Source: Candidatus Hermodarchaeota archaeon (lineage in GTDB: Archaea; Asgardarchaeota; Thorarchaeia; Thorarchaeales; Thorarchaeaceae). From it: a stretch of DNA of 50,865 nucleotides. Below are positions 1-9,094 of this stretch, piece after piece; positions within the stretch are counted from its first letter, which is position 1, and every line of letters starts with the position of its first letter. The position numbers and the translations under genes were made by a program. The notes under the pieces were generated by a model. It was not told where the DNA came from. It searched no databases and worked only from the letters and a program-made list of their open reading frames with translations. The stretch is taken from assembly GCA_048885865.1 (NCBI GenBank), contig JBHLLF010000020.1, forward strand, positions 1-50,865, given 5' to 3'.

Positions 1-76
1 GCTCGTTTTGTTGCACGATTTGCTGAATTAGTCGAGTCTGTTTTCGGACTTGATATCATGTGAATGATACCGTTTT

Positions 77-101
77 GCTATCTCGAAAGCCTAATAAGCA
101 G
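77..101 (+). repeat. Direct repeat copy 1 (GCTATCTCGAAAGCCTAATAAGCAG)
   Basis: Identical 25-mer at 77, 2064 and 3466; 22/23 match at 1569. Confidence 0.95.
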
Positions 102-301
102 GAACCTGCGAACTAGTCTTTGCATAAAGGCGAATTTGAATAAAATCATTATTCCTGTTTCCATAGTGATACTATTACGTATTCGATTCAAGGATGCCTT
201 TTGTTGAGAATTTATGGAATCAATTAAGAATTGGGATCTTCACAAATCTAGAGCATCTTCTGGGATAAACTTCAATAACAGAATTAGTATATATTGTCAT
301 A

Positions 302-1399
302 GTGAATTCGGTGTGGCGTGTAACATCAGTTGCAATTCTACTAGTAATTGTTTCAATACCCTTTCTTGCATATACCACCATTAATCGATTAACTCTTGAC
401 GCCGCTATTGCTACTACAGATCATCCGCCAATAGTCATTTCGGATGACTCAAATTTCACTGAACAAGGGTGGCCTGGGGATGGCTCTGTCGCACATCCCT
501 TCATCATTGAGAATATACGGATTTTTACAAACACCTCTTGTATCTCAATTAGCAATACTACTGTTTATTTCACCATTAGAAACTGTCAGCTGGAGTCCTA
601 TTGGTTTGAAAGCACAGCACTTGGCTACAATGCTATCGAACTCATAAATGTCGAAAACGGTATCATCGAGGACTGTGATATTGATGGGAATGCAGCGTGT
701 GTCCTTTTGGTCGAGTGCGAGAATACTAACATGACTGGCAACGATGTACGGTCACAACAAAGTCAAGGCATCTACGCAATTCGTGTTGATAATTGTGCGT
801 TTTCTAGTAATGTGATGTTGAACTCAGGAATTGATATGATAGACGCAACGAACACAAGTATTGTAGACAATCAAATTACAGACTCTCAATCGACTGGTAT
901 GCATCTCAGTAATGCATCCAATTTAAGAATCATTTCAAACTCAATTCACTCAAGCAATAGTCATGGAATGCACCTGGATGAAATATCACAGATTGAGGTG
1001 CTACAAAACAATATTGCTGATTCTGGTGCCTATGGCATAACTGCTTTTGCGATGAACTGTAAATTCATTGGAAACATCCTTTCTGACAACTCAGGGTATG
1101 GGATTGATTTGGAAGGATCTGGAAATGTGCTTTATGAGAATTACTTTCTAAGAAACGGAGTGTCCAATGCACGCGATCGAGGAACAAATAACACTTGGGA
1201 TGACTCAAATCAATTAGGCAACTATTGGGATGATTATTTCGGATTTGGCACATACTTGATTGATGGTTCATCAGGACACGAAGACAGATTTCCGAGGACA
1301 TATCCAGGAATCATACCTCTTCTATATCCTATACTCATAGCATTGATTGTAGGGGCGGCAATACTTGGCTTGTTTTTATTTAGAATGAGGAGAACTTGA
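302..1399 (+). CDS. Secreted/membrane-anchored NosD-like right-handed beta-helix protein
   Basis: N-terminal signal/TM; GWPGDGS..PFIIEN motif; Asn-rich beta-helix repeats; N.WD....GNYWDDY...D.FP motif; C-terminal TM plus basic tail. Confidence 0.85.
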   Translation: MNSVWRVTSVAILLVIVSIPFLAYTTINRLTLDAAIATTDHPPIVISDDSNFTEQGWPGDGSVAHPFIIENIRIFTNTSCISISNTTVYFTIRNCQLESYWFESTALGYNAIELINVENGIIEDCDIDGNAACVLLVECENTNMTGNDVRSQQSQGIYAIRVDNCAFSSNVMLNSGIDMIDATNTSIVDNQITDSQSTGMHLSNASNLRIISNSIHSSNSHGMHLDEISQIEVLQNNIADSGAYGITAFAMNCKFIGNILSDNSGYGIDLEGSGNVLYENYFLRNGVSNARDRGTNNTWDDSNQLGNYWDDYFGFGTYLIDGSSGHEDRFPRTYPGIIPLLYPILIALIVGAAILGLFLFRMRRT

Positions 1400-1568
1400 A
1401 CCGTTAATGAGCAAGAAATTCAGAATCAAGAATGAATGTGATGTGACTCATTCACAGACATGCAATGCTATCCTCAAGCACAGGTTGTAGTGCTCGTTCT
1501 GGAGGTATTACAGGAAAACAAACGACCTCGGTCAAAGCCAGTCACTCCTATATAATACGCAAGTCATT

Positions 1569-1591
1569 GCCATCTCGAAAGCCTAATAAGC
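1569..1591 (+). repeat. Direct repeat copy 2 (GCCATCTCGAAAGCCTAATAAGC)
   Basis: One mismatch to the other copies over 23 bp. Confidence 0.9.
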
Positions 1592-1787
1592 GAACTCCTG
1601 CCATTTAATATATACTTAAACGCACATCTAAATAAAATCTTCAATTCCAAACCTCCTTCCATAGCGAGCCCTTGATTGGCTAGATCCAAAGATGTGCAAA
1701 GAACCAAGGTCAAAGGGAAATCAATTGGACTCTCTGGATCAACTCACTAAAGGAGTAACTTGTCAACAATATATGGGAAAAGGCTCA

Positions 1788-2003
1788 ATGAGCAGAGTGC
1801 CCAAATGGGCATATCTTATGAGTGCGGTTCTAATTGTGATAGCCTTTCCACTTGCTTGGGCCATTGTAGATGTTTTCCTACGCATGCTTCCTCAAGGATT
1901 GGACATTCAAGGACACCTGTTGTTTGTCATATTACCTTTAGGTATACTTAGTCTACTAATAGTGGTGATAATGGCAATACTACTGACGAGGAAACGGGAG
2001 TAG
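1788..2003 (+). CDS. Small two-TM membrane protein (hypothetical)
   Basis: Two hydrophobic helices and a basic C-terminus. The upstream part of the track ORF (from 1692) overlaps the repeat-associated leader, so a start at 1773 or 1788 is more likely. Confidence 0.6.
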   Translation: MSRVPKWAYLMSAVLIVIAFPLAWAIVDVFLRMLPQGLDIQGHLLFVILPLGILSLLIVVIMAILLTRKRE

Positions 2004-2063
2004 TCACTACATCATGACCAGAGATTTGCGTTTCTTGAGAGGAGAATATGCATGCTGTTTACC

Positions 2064-2088
2064 GCTATCTCGAAAGCCTAATAAGCAG
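2064..2088 (+). repeat. Direct repeat copy 3
   Basis: Identical to copy 1; near-identity continues about 50 nt downstream and similarity about 90 nt. Confidence 0.95.
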
Positions 2089-2284
2089 GAACCTGCGAAC
2101 TAGTCTTTGCTTAAAGGCGAATTTGAACAAAATCGTCATTGCTATCTCCACAGTATTTGTAGTGATGTGGACGAGGATGAATAAACGATTATTCATTGAA
2201 ACCGACCCGATATGCTAGCAGCCTTTTCGAGGCAACTCCCTTTTTCTGAGAAACTCTGCATGCATGGATGCAGTCTTTTCATAG

Positions 2285-2758
2285 TCAGTCGCTAGTCAAG
2301 TCACGACGTATCCGTTCATAAGTCTCAATCAGAAGGGGATTCAGCTTCTTGGCTCTTTCCAAATATTCACGTGCTTTGTCTATCTCTCCCAACCTTCTCA
2401 TCACACCACTCAGAGCAAACCATGATGCAGCATCATTTGGCTGCATCTTCAGAGCCCTCTCATACACATCTGCTGCTTTCCTGTCTTGCCCAAGCATCGA
2501 ATAGACTACACCCAAATTCGTCCAAATGCCCTGCAAATGAGGACCAAGTTCAGATGCCCTTACTAAAGCCTCTTCTGCCTCCTTTGGGCGTTTTGTTGAT
2601 ATTAGTAAAGTTCCAAGATAGAACCACGCTTCAGGTGACTTTGGTTCTATGCTGATCAGATACCTTAGCTTACGCTCAGCTTCGAAGAATTTCCCATCCT
2701 TTAGCAGCTGAGGTATTTGATTGAGTAGATGCGTTATTGACGGTTCATTCTTGTCCAT
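2285..2758 (-). CDS. TPR-repeat protein
   Basis: Repeated 34-aa units (EAWFYLG..., IWTNLGVVY..., SWFALSGV..., A...P). Confidence 0.85.
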   Translation of the reverse strand: MDKNEPSITHLLNQIPQLLKDGKFFEAERKLRYLISIEPKSPEAWFYLGTLLISTKRPKEAEEALVRASELGPHLQGIWTNLGVVYSMLGQDRKAADVYERALKMQPNDAASWFALSGVMRRLGEIDKAREYLERAKKLNPLLIETYERIRRDLTSD

Positions 2759-3110
2759 ATTTCAGCCACGTTTATGATTCTAAGGAATCACCACATATGA
2801 AAGTTTTCGCCTTAGAGTTTCACTTTCACTAGCCTTGAGCTGAAACCATATTTAATACACACACTTGATAGTTTGATACGTTTTCAAATGACCCAGTATT
2901 ACTTTAGACGCATATCTGAACAAAATCTTCAATTCGAAACCTTCTTCGGTACTAAACCTTTGGCTGGCCAAATGCATAAGTACGAAAACAGTGAAGGTCA
3001 CAAGGAAAAGAGTTGAACTCAATGCATAGACCACCAAAATGGGCTCAAGTGTTATTACGAACCAGTCCTACTATCCAATATCAAAGAGAGTTTCTGGATG
3101 GTTTCCGAAG

Positions 3111-3452
3111 ATGGGCTCCGAGTCGCAATTTCGATTATTAAGAAGGGAAATAACACAAAAACGGGTGAGGATCAGTGCGGTTCTCGTGTTTCTAATTGTC
3201 TATGTTCTATGGATGTCGACTGCTGCAAAATTCCTTCACGAATACCTAATGAATGGCGTCTGGTGGAGCAGCGCACCTCCAGGGTCCTTGTTCCCAATCC
3301 CATGCGGCCCTGGTCACTTAACGATGCTAGTGATAGCCAATCCCGTTGACACCTTCATCTTTCGCGCACTCTTCCAGTCCGGTTTATGGCTGGTGTTCAT
3401 CATTCTGTCAATGCTATATATTCTGTCCCCGTACACTATCTCAATGGTATAG
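3111..3452 (+). CDS. Small membrane protein (hypothetical)
   Basis: Two hydrophobic segments with a Pro/Gly loop; start 3111 or 3039 uncertain. Confidence 0.55.
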   Translation: MGSESQFRLLRREITQKRVRISAVLVFLIVYVLWMSTAAKFLHEYLMNGVWWSSAPPGSLFPIPCGPGHLTMLVIANPVDTFIFRALFQSGLWLVFIILSMLYILSPYTISMV

Positions 3453-3465
3453 ACGGCAAACCACT

Positions 3466-3490
3466 GCTATCTCGAAAGCCTAATAAGCAG
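3466..3490 (+). promoter_or_regulatory. Direct repeat copy 4, containing the probable BRE/TATA (CGAAAG-CC-TAATAA) of rpl13e
   Basis: TAATAA at 3481-3486 preceded by a purine-rich BRE-like CGAAAG, about 30 nt upstream of RBS GGTGA (3515-3519). Confidence 0.7.
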
Positions 3491-3519
3491 TCCTCAGGCT
3501 GGCGTGCCGAATTTGGTGA

Positions 3520-3984
3520 TTGTCCTTGACCTTTGAAATAGCAGCAGAACCCCTCGTTAAGTCGCCCGGTAAGGCAGTTCCACGACGCGGACGAGGCTTC
3601 AGTATTGATGAAACAAAGAAGGCTGGACTGGCGATTGAAGAGGCACGCCGAATGGGGCTCATAATAGATGTCAGACGGAAGACGACCCATGAAGAAAACG
3701 TGGAATCTCTAAAGCAGTATATCAAGGACCTAGATGAACTTGTGGCTGAGATGGCCAAGATTGATGTAGCTAAGCCAAAACGGACAAAGAAGGATGACAA
3801 GGCGGTAGAAGAGCTGTCATCATTGCGAGCGGTCCAAAAGGATGAGGCACAGAAGCTAGTAGAGGCTGGCATAAAGTCATTATCCGATTTGGCATATTGT
3901 GAGATTGATCAAGTGGCTAAGAAAACGGGCCTTGATGAAAATCGAATCACAGCCATGGTGAAGGCTGCCTTAAAGAAGATCTGA
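3520..3984 (+). CDS. rpl13e: Ribosomal protein L13e with C-terminal helix-hairpin-helix-like domain
   Basis: P.VK...R.GRGFS..E...AGL....AR..G..ID.RRKT...ENV..L signature. Confidence 0.9.
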   Translation: MSLTFEIAAEPLVKSPGKAVPRRGRGFSIDETKKAGLAIEEARRMGLIIDVRRKTTHEENVESLKQYIKDLDELVAEMAKIDVAKPKRTKKDDKAVEELSSLRAVQKDEAQKLVEAGIKSLSDLAYCEIDQVAKKTGLDENRITAMVKAALKKI

Positions 3985-3999
3985 TATTGCATCAGTTCA

Positions 4000-5118
4000 T
4001 TGATGGAGGCGATAGAGCTGGAGTACAACCGGCTCATCAAAGCTTTGGAAAAGCCAATTGATGTGGGACGACCGGTAATTCTGCCAGACTTCTATGTTGA
4101 TCATTTTGTTATTGCAGGACAATTTGAAGAGTTCATTGATGGTCTGACAGCATTGGCGAAGCAAGGTGGAGGAAATCTATTAGGCAACAAGCAGTTCCTT
4201 CGTCGAGGAGGTAACTCTGTAAACACGGCATCAGCTCTTCTCATGCTTGGTCTGGATCCTGTACTTATCATCACGACAGATGATTATGGCTCAGCGATAC
4301 TTCCGACACTCGTTAGTCCCGACCTCGATCTCAGTCATGTTCACACTGACGGCAGATTATCTTCTACAGTATCAATTGAGCTTGAACATGAGGGTAGACG
4401 AGTGAATCTAATGGTGAGTGATAGTGGCTCTGCTGCAGAGTTCTCATTCTCAGACCTCACCGAGAGGGATTTGTCAGCAATCCAAGCAAGTAATCTAGTC
4501 GCTCTACTTAACTTGAACCATAATCCCGATGCACCTGAACTTGCACATGACCTCTTTGAGATGGTCGGAACCTCATCCAAAGCCATCAGATTCATGGATG
4601 TTGGTGACCCATCAGGTAATTTGGATATAGTGGAACCGCTAGCAAGAAACATCTTGGCTGAGGGCTTGGTTGACATTGTGAGTCTGAATGAGAATGAAGC
4701 TCGTTGGTTTGCATGGGCTATCAGCGGAAAGAACAGCCGTTGGGATCACCTGTCTTCAGACCCAGAACACTGGCTATCCGCTGCCAAATTGGTATCAACA
4801 GAAACAGGAACGAGGATTGAACTGCATACTCAACATTTCACTGCCTCAATCTTGGAAGACAAACTCACTGTGGTACCTACATTTGACGTGGTAAGTCGGA
4901 TTGTGTGTGGGGCCGGAGATGCATGGAATGCTGGGGATATCTATGGCACACTTCAGAAACTGGAGGACTTGGACCGACTATCACTTGCCAATGCAGTTGC
5001 AACACTATACGTTTCCTCTGTGGACGCCTCTCACCCCACTCGTGAGGAAACAATAGCTTTTCTCCGTTCCAAACCTAGCTTTGAGTCTCTCGGCGAAAGA
5101 CTTGTTAACCGTGTTTGA
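4000..5118 (+). CDS. PfkB/ribokinase-family kinase
   Basis: GGNSVNTA, NENEA and GAGDAWNAG motifs. Confidence 0.85.
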   Translation: MMEAIELEYNRLIKALEKPIDVGRPVILPDFYVDHFVIAGQFEEFIDGLTALAKQGGGNLLGNKQFLRRGGNSVNTASALLMLGLDPVLIITTDDYGSAILPTLVSPDLDLSHVHTDGRLSSTVSIELEHEGRRVNLMVSDSGSAAEFSFSDLTERDLSAIQASNLVALLNLNHNPDAPELAHDLFEMVGTSSKAIRFMDVGDPSGNLDIVEPLARNILAEGLVDIVSLNENEARWFAWAISGKNSRWDHLSSDPEHWLSAAKLVSTETGTRIELHTQHFTASILEDKLTVVPTFDVVSRIVCGAGDAWNAGDIYGTLQKLEDLDRLSLANAVATLYVSSVDASHPTREETIAFLRSKPSFESLGERLVNRV

Positions 5119-5160
5119 TACAATCGAGCAACTACAAATGGAAAATAGGTGTACGTCTTC

Positions 5161-6138
5161 TTGGAATTAGAGCGTGTTTTGACAAAACTCAAATTCGATG
5201 ACACTGTCAGCGGATACGCTCTAATCACGAACAATGGTCAGCCATTTCTTTCTTTTTCTCTTCCTGATGAGGTTCTTCCGCAAATACAAGGTGCTCTGCG
5301 GATTCATTCAGACTCTTTGAAGATGATGAATGTCATGACAGGAGAAGGCACAGTCGTCTTGTCTAGAGTAGATGTGAACTGGGTACTTGCAGTGCTCTTC
5401 CTGCCAGACTTGCAGCTTGGAGTGGCTCTTCAGAAGGCAACGGAAGTAATCAACTTGATGAAAAGTGTCATTCTACCTCCACCGCCTACCCCTGTTCCGC
5501 AACCAGAGCCGCCTCTCCGAGTTCAAGTAGAGGAGTCCGCGAGAACTATGGCTGCAGAAACTGTCATCGAACCAGCTCTGCCTGAAACAGAGCTGGAGCC
5601 AGTAGCTGAAATTGAACCTGAACCTGCTATAGCAGAACCGGAAGTGGAGATTAGACATGGTTGTGTTGTCTTTCGTGGAGAGAAGTATAATGAAACTATG
5701 ACTCTTGAATCCGATCTCAACAAAGAAATCAAAGCCAGATTTGCGAATATTGGAATCGATATCCTGCTGATGGCTGACGAGAAACGGACAATCTTCAAGA
5801 TTGCTGAGAGTCTTGGCCGTGGAGTCGAAGAAGCGCTTGGAGTAATTCGCTGGTGTGTACCCAGAAAGATAGTTCGGGTGGAGTGTCCTGATGCCCAAGA
5901 AACTGGTGCCGTTGAGATTATTGAGCTACCAATCTTTGAGGGCGAATTAAAGAAAGCAAAGAAAGAACATCGAGATCTTCTATCTCTATGCGATGGAAAT
6001 CGCTCTCTTCAGGAAATTTCCCAAGAACTAGGTATTCCATACTTCCAGGCTCTGCAAAGCATACTTCCCTATCGGGGCAAAACGCTACGTTTCATACGCA
6101 AAAGCAAGAAGATGGACACCGAACCAGAGGTGTCATAA
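5161..6138 (+). CDS. Roadblock/profilin-like N-domain + Pro/Glu linker + tandem winged-helix protein (paralog of 8078-9070)
   Basis: GYALITNNGQP-type N-domain; LCDG.RSL.EIS..LG wHTH; clear similarity to 8078-9070; RBS AGGTG before TTG 5161. Confidence 0.7.
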   Translation: MELERVLTKLKFDDTVSGYALITNNGQPFLSFSLPDEVLPQIQGALRIHSDSLKMMNVMTGEGTVVLSRVDVNWVLAVLFLPDLQLGVALQKATEVINLMKSVILPPPPTPVPQPEPPLRVQVEESARTMAAETVIEPALPETELEPVAEIEPEPAIAEPEVEIRHGCVVFRGEKYNETMTLESDLNKEIKARFANIGIDILLMADEKRTIFKIAESLGRGVEEALGVIRWCVPRKIVRVECPDAQETGAVEIIELPIFEGELKKAKKEHRDLLSLCDGNRSLQEISQELGIPYFQALQSILPYRGKTLRFIRKSKKMDTEPEVS

Positions 6139-6140
6139 TA

Positions 6141-6656
6141 ATGGGAATCAAAGGCAAGATTGCTTGGTCATTCATGACCGATAAGGTCTCTAAGGTTCTA
6201 TTCCAAGCGAGTTATCGAGAGATGATGAATCTACTTATGGCGAGTAGCGAGAGTGTGGAAGAAATCAATCGCAAGATGAAGCAGATTGGGTTCAAGGTGG
6301 GTGAAACTCTGTTAATGGACTATGCCGATAGAATTCGCCAACACGCAGGCCAGTTTCACGAGTTCGCCAACACTCTTGGATTGGCATATAAGGTCAATTC
6401 CGGCCAAGAGTTCACAGACATTTGGATCAGTGATGACAAGAACACTATAAAGTTCACAGATGCTGATTGTCCAATATGTGCCGGAGTTGAGGTCAGCGAT
6501 ATGCCTGGTCTACAATACTGCAATATTGTTTCCGGAGTATTTGACGCTGTCATGGAGCTTAGAGGATTCAAAGCTGATAGCTTCCAAGAATCTTGTAAGG
6601 CACTCGGTGATGATGCTTGTACCTGGACTCTGAGGAAATATCCACAAAATTACTGA
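6141..6656 (+). CDS. V4R / TRAPP-Bet3-like domain protein
   Basis: IGFKVGE helix; CPIC...YC...SGVF...ESCKALGDDAC V4R pattern; RBS GAGGTG. Confidence 0.8.
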   Translation: MGIKGKIAWSFMTDKVSKVLFQASYREMMNLLMASSESVEEINRKMKQIGFKVGETLLMDYADRIRQHAGQFHEFANTLGLAYKVNSGQEFTDIWISDDKNTIKFTDADCPICAGVEVSDMPGLQYCNIVSGVFDAVMELRGFKADSFQESCKALGDDACTWTLRKYPQNY

Positions 6657-6754
6657 TTGCGAGACGAATCTAGGCAATTTCACTGTACCGTCGGACATAT
6701 GTATATAAAAGCACGAATCAAGAAGAGCATAGTAGACATATCGGAGGACCGCGC

Positions 6755-7270
6755 TTGGGTCAGCTTCTTGGCACGTTTACGGGTTTAATCACTGCCTTTG
6801 CAATCGCCTTCGTCATATTGACGTTCGGAGGAGTCATGCCTGAAGATCTCATTTCATCGACTATCGTGGCCGACTTCCTGTCTCACACCGATTTGGAGAT
6901 GCGGCTTGCTGTGGTTGGCACAGTTCTCTACCCTGCCACTGTAGGATTCACAGGTCTTGGGGCTATTCTAATGACCGGAGCTCAAGGCGGCACAGTCTTG
7001 ATGGCTCTCGCCTGGGGCACTGGCGGTCTGGTAGCAGGTCTCTTTGCTCGTGACATTCTCTCAGGGATTCTTGCAGCTCTGTTCGCTGTAGTAACTGGAG
7101 CGTTTCTCACATGGCTACTTGTCTTCGTGATCCAAACTACTGACTTCATGGCTCTCTTCGGCTATGCCTCTATGGTCATCCTTGAAGCAGTTCTTTATGG
7201 ATCAATCTACCCCGCGATAGCCGCTGTGGTTGGTGGCATCCTTGGCGGAGGCATCACTAGAGAACGATAG
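6755..7270 (+). CDS. Gly-rich multi-pass membrane protein
   Basis: 4-5 hydrophobic helices with GxxxG motifs. Confidence 0.75.
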   Translation: MGQLLGTFTGLITAFAIAFVILTFGGVMPEDLISSTIVADFLSHTDLEMRLAVVGTVLYPATVGFTGLGAILMTGAQGGTVLMALAWGTGGLVAGLFARDILSGILAALFAVVTGAFLTWLLVFVIQTTDFMALFGYASMVILEAVLYGSIYPAIAAVVGGILGGGITRER

Positions 7271-7852
7271 CTATGCTTTTCCGTCACTTCTGGGTTCATT
7301 TGAGAGGATTCTACCACATTCAGAGCACACCATTGGTTTTGACTTGAACACCGTTCCGCATTGGCATCTGGTTTCTATTCTTTCTGGCAACGGTAATTCC
7401 CTTTCTCGAGAGACCAATCGAATGATTCTACTTACTGGGTATCCTGGCAAGATTGTGATACTAGACGTCAATATCGTGGATGTGAATAGGATGAGAAGGC
7501 TCCAGTTGCGATTTGGATCACTCCAAAAAGCAGGATTCAAAAGGAGAATCGAGGTCAATGCCCAAATGCTGACCCACACACCTGTCCAGATTGCAGTTCT
7601 AACTGAATTCCATCCTGACTTCGAGAATGGAGCTATAATAAAACCCATGATCAGCCATACAGCAAGATACGATACGAGAGTAAAGGGGTCTGAAAGAAGG
7701 GTGTAAGTGTGACTCAAGTATTGACTACCTGCAAGAAGCACCCACAGAAATATCAGTTCCTGCGGATAGGCTGGCTGGCTCAGATTCAAAATGAACGCTA
7801 GTAGCCATGAACCAATGATTGCTGCCAGCAGTCCGCCCAACATATTTCTCAT
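7271..7852 (-). CDS. Multi-pass membrane protein with C-terminal Zn ribbon
   Basis: Several TM helices, then CQCG...CSECG. Confidence 0.75.
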   Translation of the reverse strand: MRNMLGGLLAAIIGSWLLAFILNLSQPAYPQELIFLWVLLAGSQYLSHTYTLLSDPFTLVSYLAVWLIMGFIIAPFSKSGWNSVRTAIWTGVWVSIWALTSILLLNPAFWSDPNRNWSLLILFTSTILTSSITILPGYPVSRIIRLVSRERELPLPERIETRCQCGTVFKSKPMVCSECGRILSNEPRSDGKA

Positions 7853-8077
7853 GATGTGGCCTCTTGATATCCTCGAGTCGTGCTTTGGCGTATAAATGAA
7901 ACTCTTAACGGTTTCCTAGATTCGGATTCAATTAGCTGTATTATCTCAGAGTTATGGGAATCTTTGAGTTGTCTACGATTTCTCTCTTTGTGAAACCACA
8001 ATGCTTTTCAGACCACCGCCGATGGAAACCAGCAGAGGCAAGCCTAGGTTGGTCTAAAACGGCATAGAGGTGCAAAT

Positions 8078-9070
8078 ATGAGCAGCGATTTGGAAAGAGC
8101 CCTCGCAAAACTGAGGTTCGATGAACAGGTACTCGGCTATTCGCTGATGACGAAAGCCGGTAGGCCATTTGTGAGCTTCTCTTTTCCATCAGAACTATTC
8201 CCTAGAGTCAGGGATAGCATCAATCTGTATAAGACCGATTTGCGTCTCATGACAATCGACACGGACCGAGGTCTGGTAGTCCTCTCTCCCGTTGATTTGA
8301 ATTGGATACTGACTGTTCTTTATGTCACGGAGTTGCAGCTTGGCCTTGCTATTGCTAAGACTAAGAATGTTCTAAGATTATTGGAGGGTATTGAGCTTCC
8401 ACCGCCGCCTGATGAATTTGAGGAATCAGCAGAATCCAACCTGAAAGTACTTGAAAGCATAGCAATGCAAGCGGCATCAACATCAACTGAGGCTAGCGAG
8501 CCTGAGTTTGTTGTGCCGGAGCCTGAGGATCTGATTGAGACCAAGCCCGAAGTCGGTGTAGAAGAAGAGGCCAAACCTCCAGAAGCATTCAATGTACAGC
8601 CCACGACAATTCCGAAGCGTGGTCCAAGTTACGGAGATGCCCTCAATCTAGATTCAGATCTGCATAATGAAATGAAGCAGGTGCATGGGAACTTCGGCTT
8701 TGATGTACTCATGTTAGTGGATGGTACTGTTACAGTTGCGGGAATTGCTGATTCAATGTTTCAGCCAAATGAAAGAGTTGCTGAACTTATCAAATGGGCT
8801 GCATCAAAGGGTATGGTGGAGGCTCCGTTGTGTGATGAAGAAACCGTAGCTGTTTCTGAGGACACGATGGGTCGATTCGTTAAGTGTCCCAAGTTTATTG
8901 GAGACTTGTCAAAGGCCAAAGACGAGGATCTTGAGATATTAAGACTCTGTGATGGCAGTAGGACTACTGATGAAATCGCAGAAATATTAGGCATTGAAAA
9001 TGCCAAAGTGATTCAAACAATCGCTCGCAACAAGAAGTTTGGTATCAACATGATTGGCAAGACTGTCTAG
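8078..9070 (+). CDS. Roadblock/profilin-like N-domain + linker + tandem winged-helix protein (paralog of 5161-6138)
   Basis: LERALAKLRFDEQV vs LERVLTKLKFDDTV; LPPPP linker; LVDG and LCDG wHTH repeats. Confidence 0.75.
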   Translation: MSSDLERALAKLRFDEQVLGYSLMTKAGRPFVSFSFPSELFPRVRDSINLYKTDLRLMTIDTDRGLVVLSPVDLNWILTVLYVTELQLGLAIAKTKNVLRLLEGIELPPPPDEFEESAESNLKVLESIAMQAASTSTEASEPEFVVPEPEDLIETKPEVGVEEEAKPPEAFNVQPTTIPKRGPSYGDALNLDSDLHNEMKQVHGNFGFDVLMLVDGTVTVAGIADSMFQPNERVAELIKWAASKGMVEAPLCDEETVAVSEDTMGRFVKCPKFIGDLSKAKDEDLEILRLCDGSRTTDEIAEILGIENAKVIQTIARNKKFGINMIGKTV

Positions 9071-9094
9071 ACAACTTGAGTGAGGTCCACATAG

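Noticed and set aside
2852-3037. 61-aa minus-strand ORF
   Set aside because: Coincides with the degenerate cassette leader; the homologous frame near 1570-1745 shows many non-conservative changes and is bounded by stops
77-3490. CRISPR array interpretation of the 23-25 bp repeats
   Set aside because: The intervening units are 0.5-1.5 kb and gene-bearing, and there are no cas genes
77-3490. Classical integron attC or Xer dif sites
   Set aside because: No RYYYAAC...GTTRRRY hairpin and only weak dyad symmetry; no resemblance to the dif consensus I know
8015-8040. SRP RNA helix-8-like GGAAACC-AGCA
   Set aside because: Lacks the conserved upstream AGG and the rest of the SRP architecture
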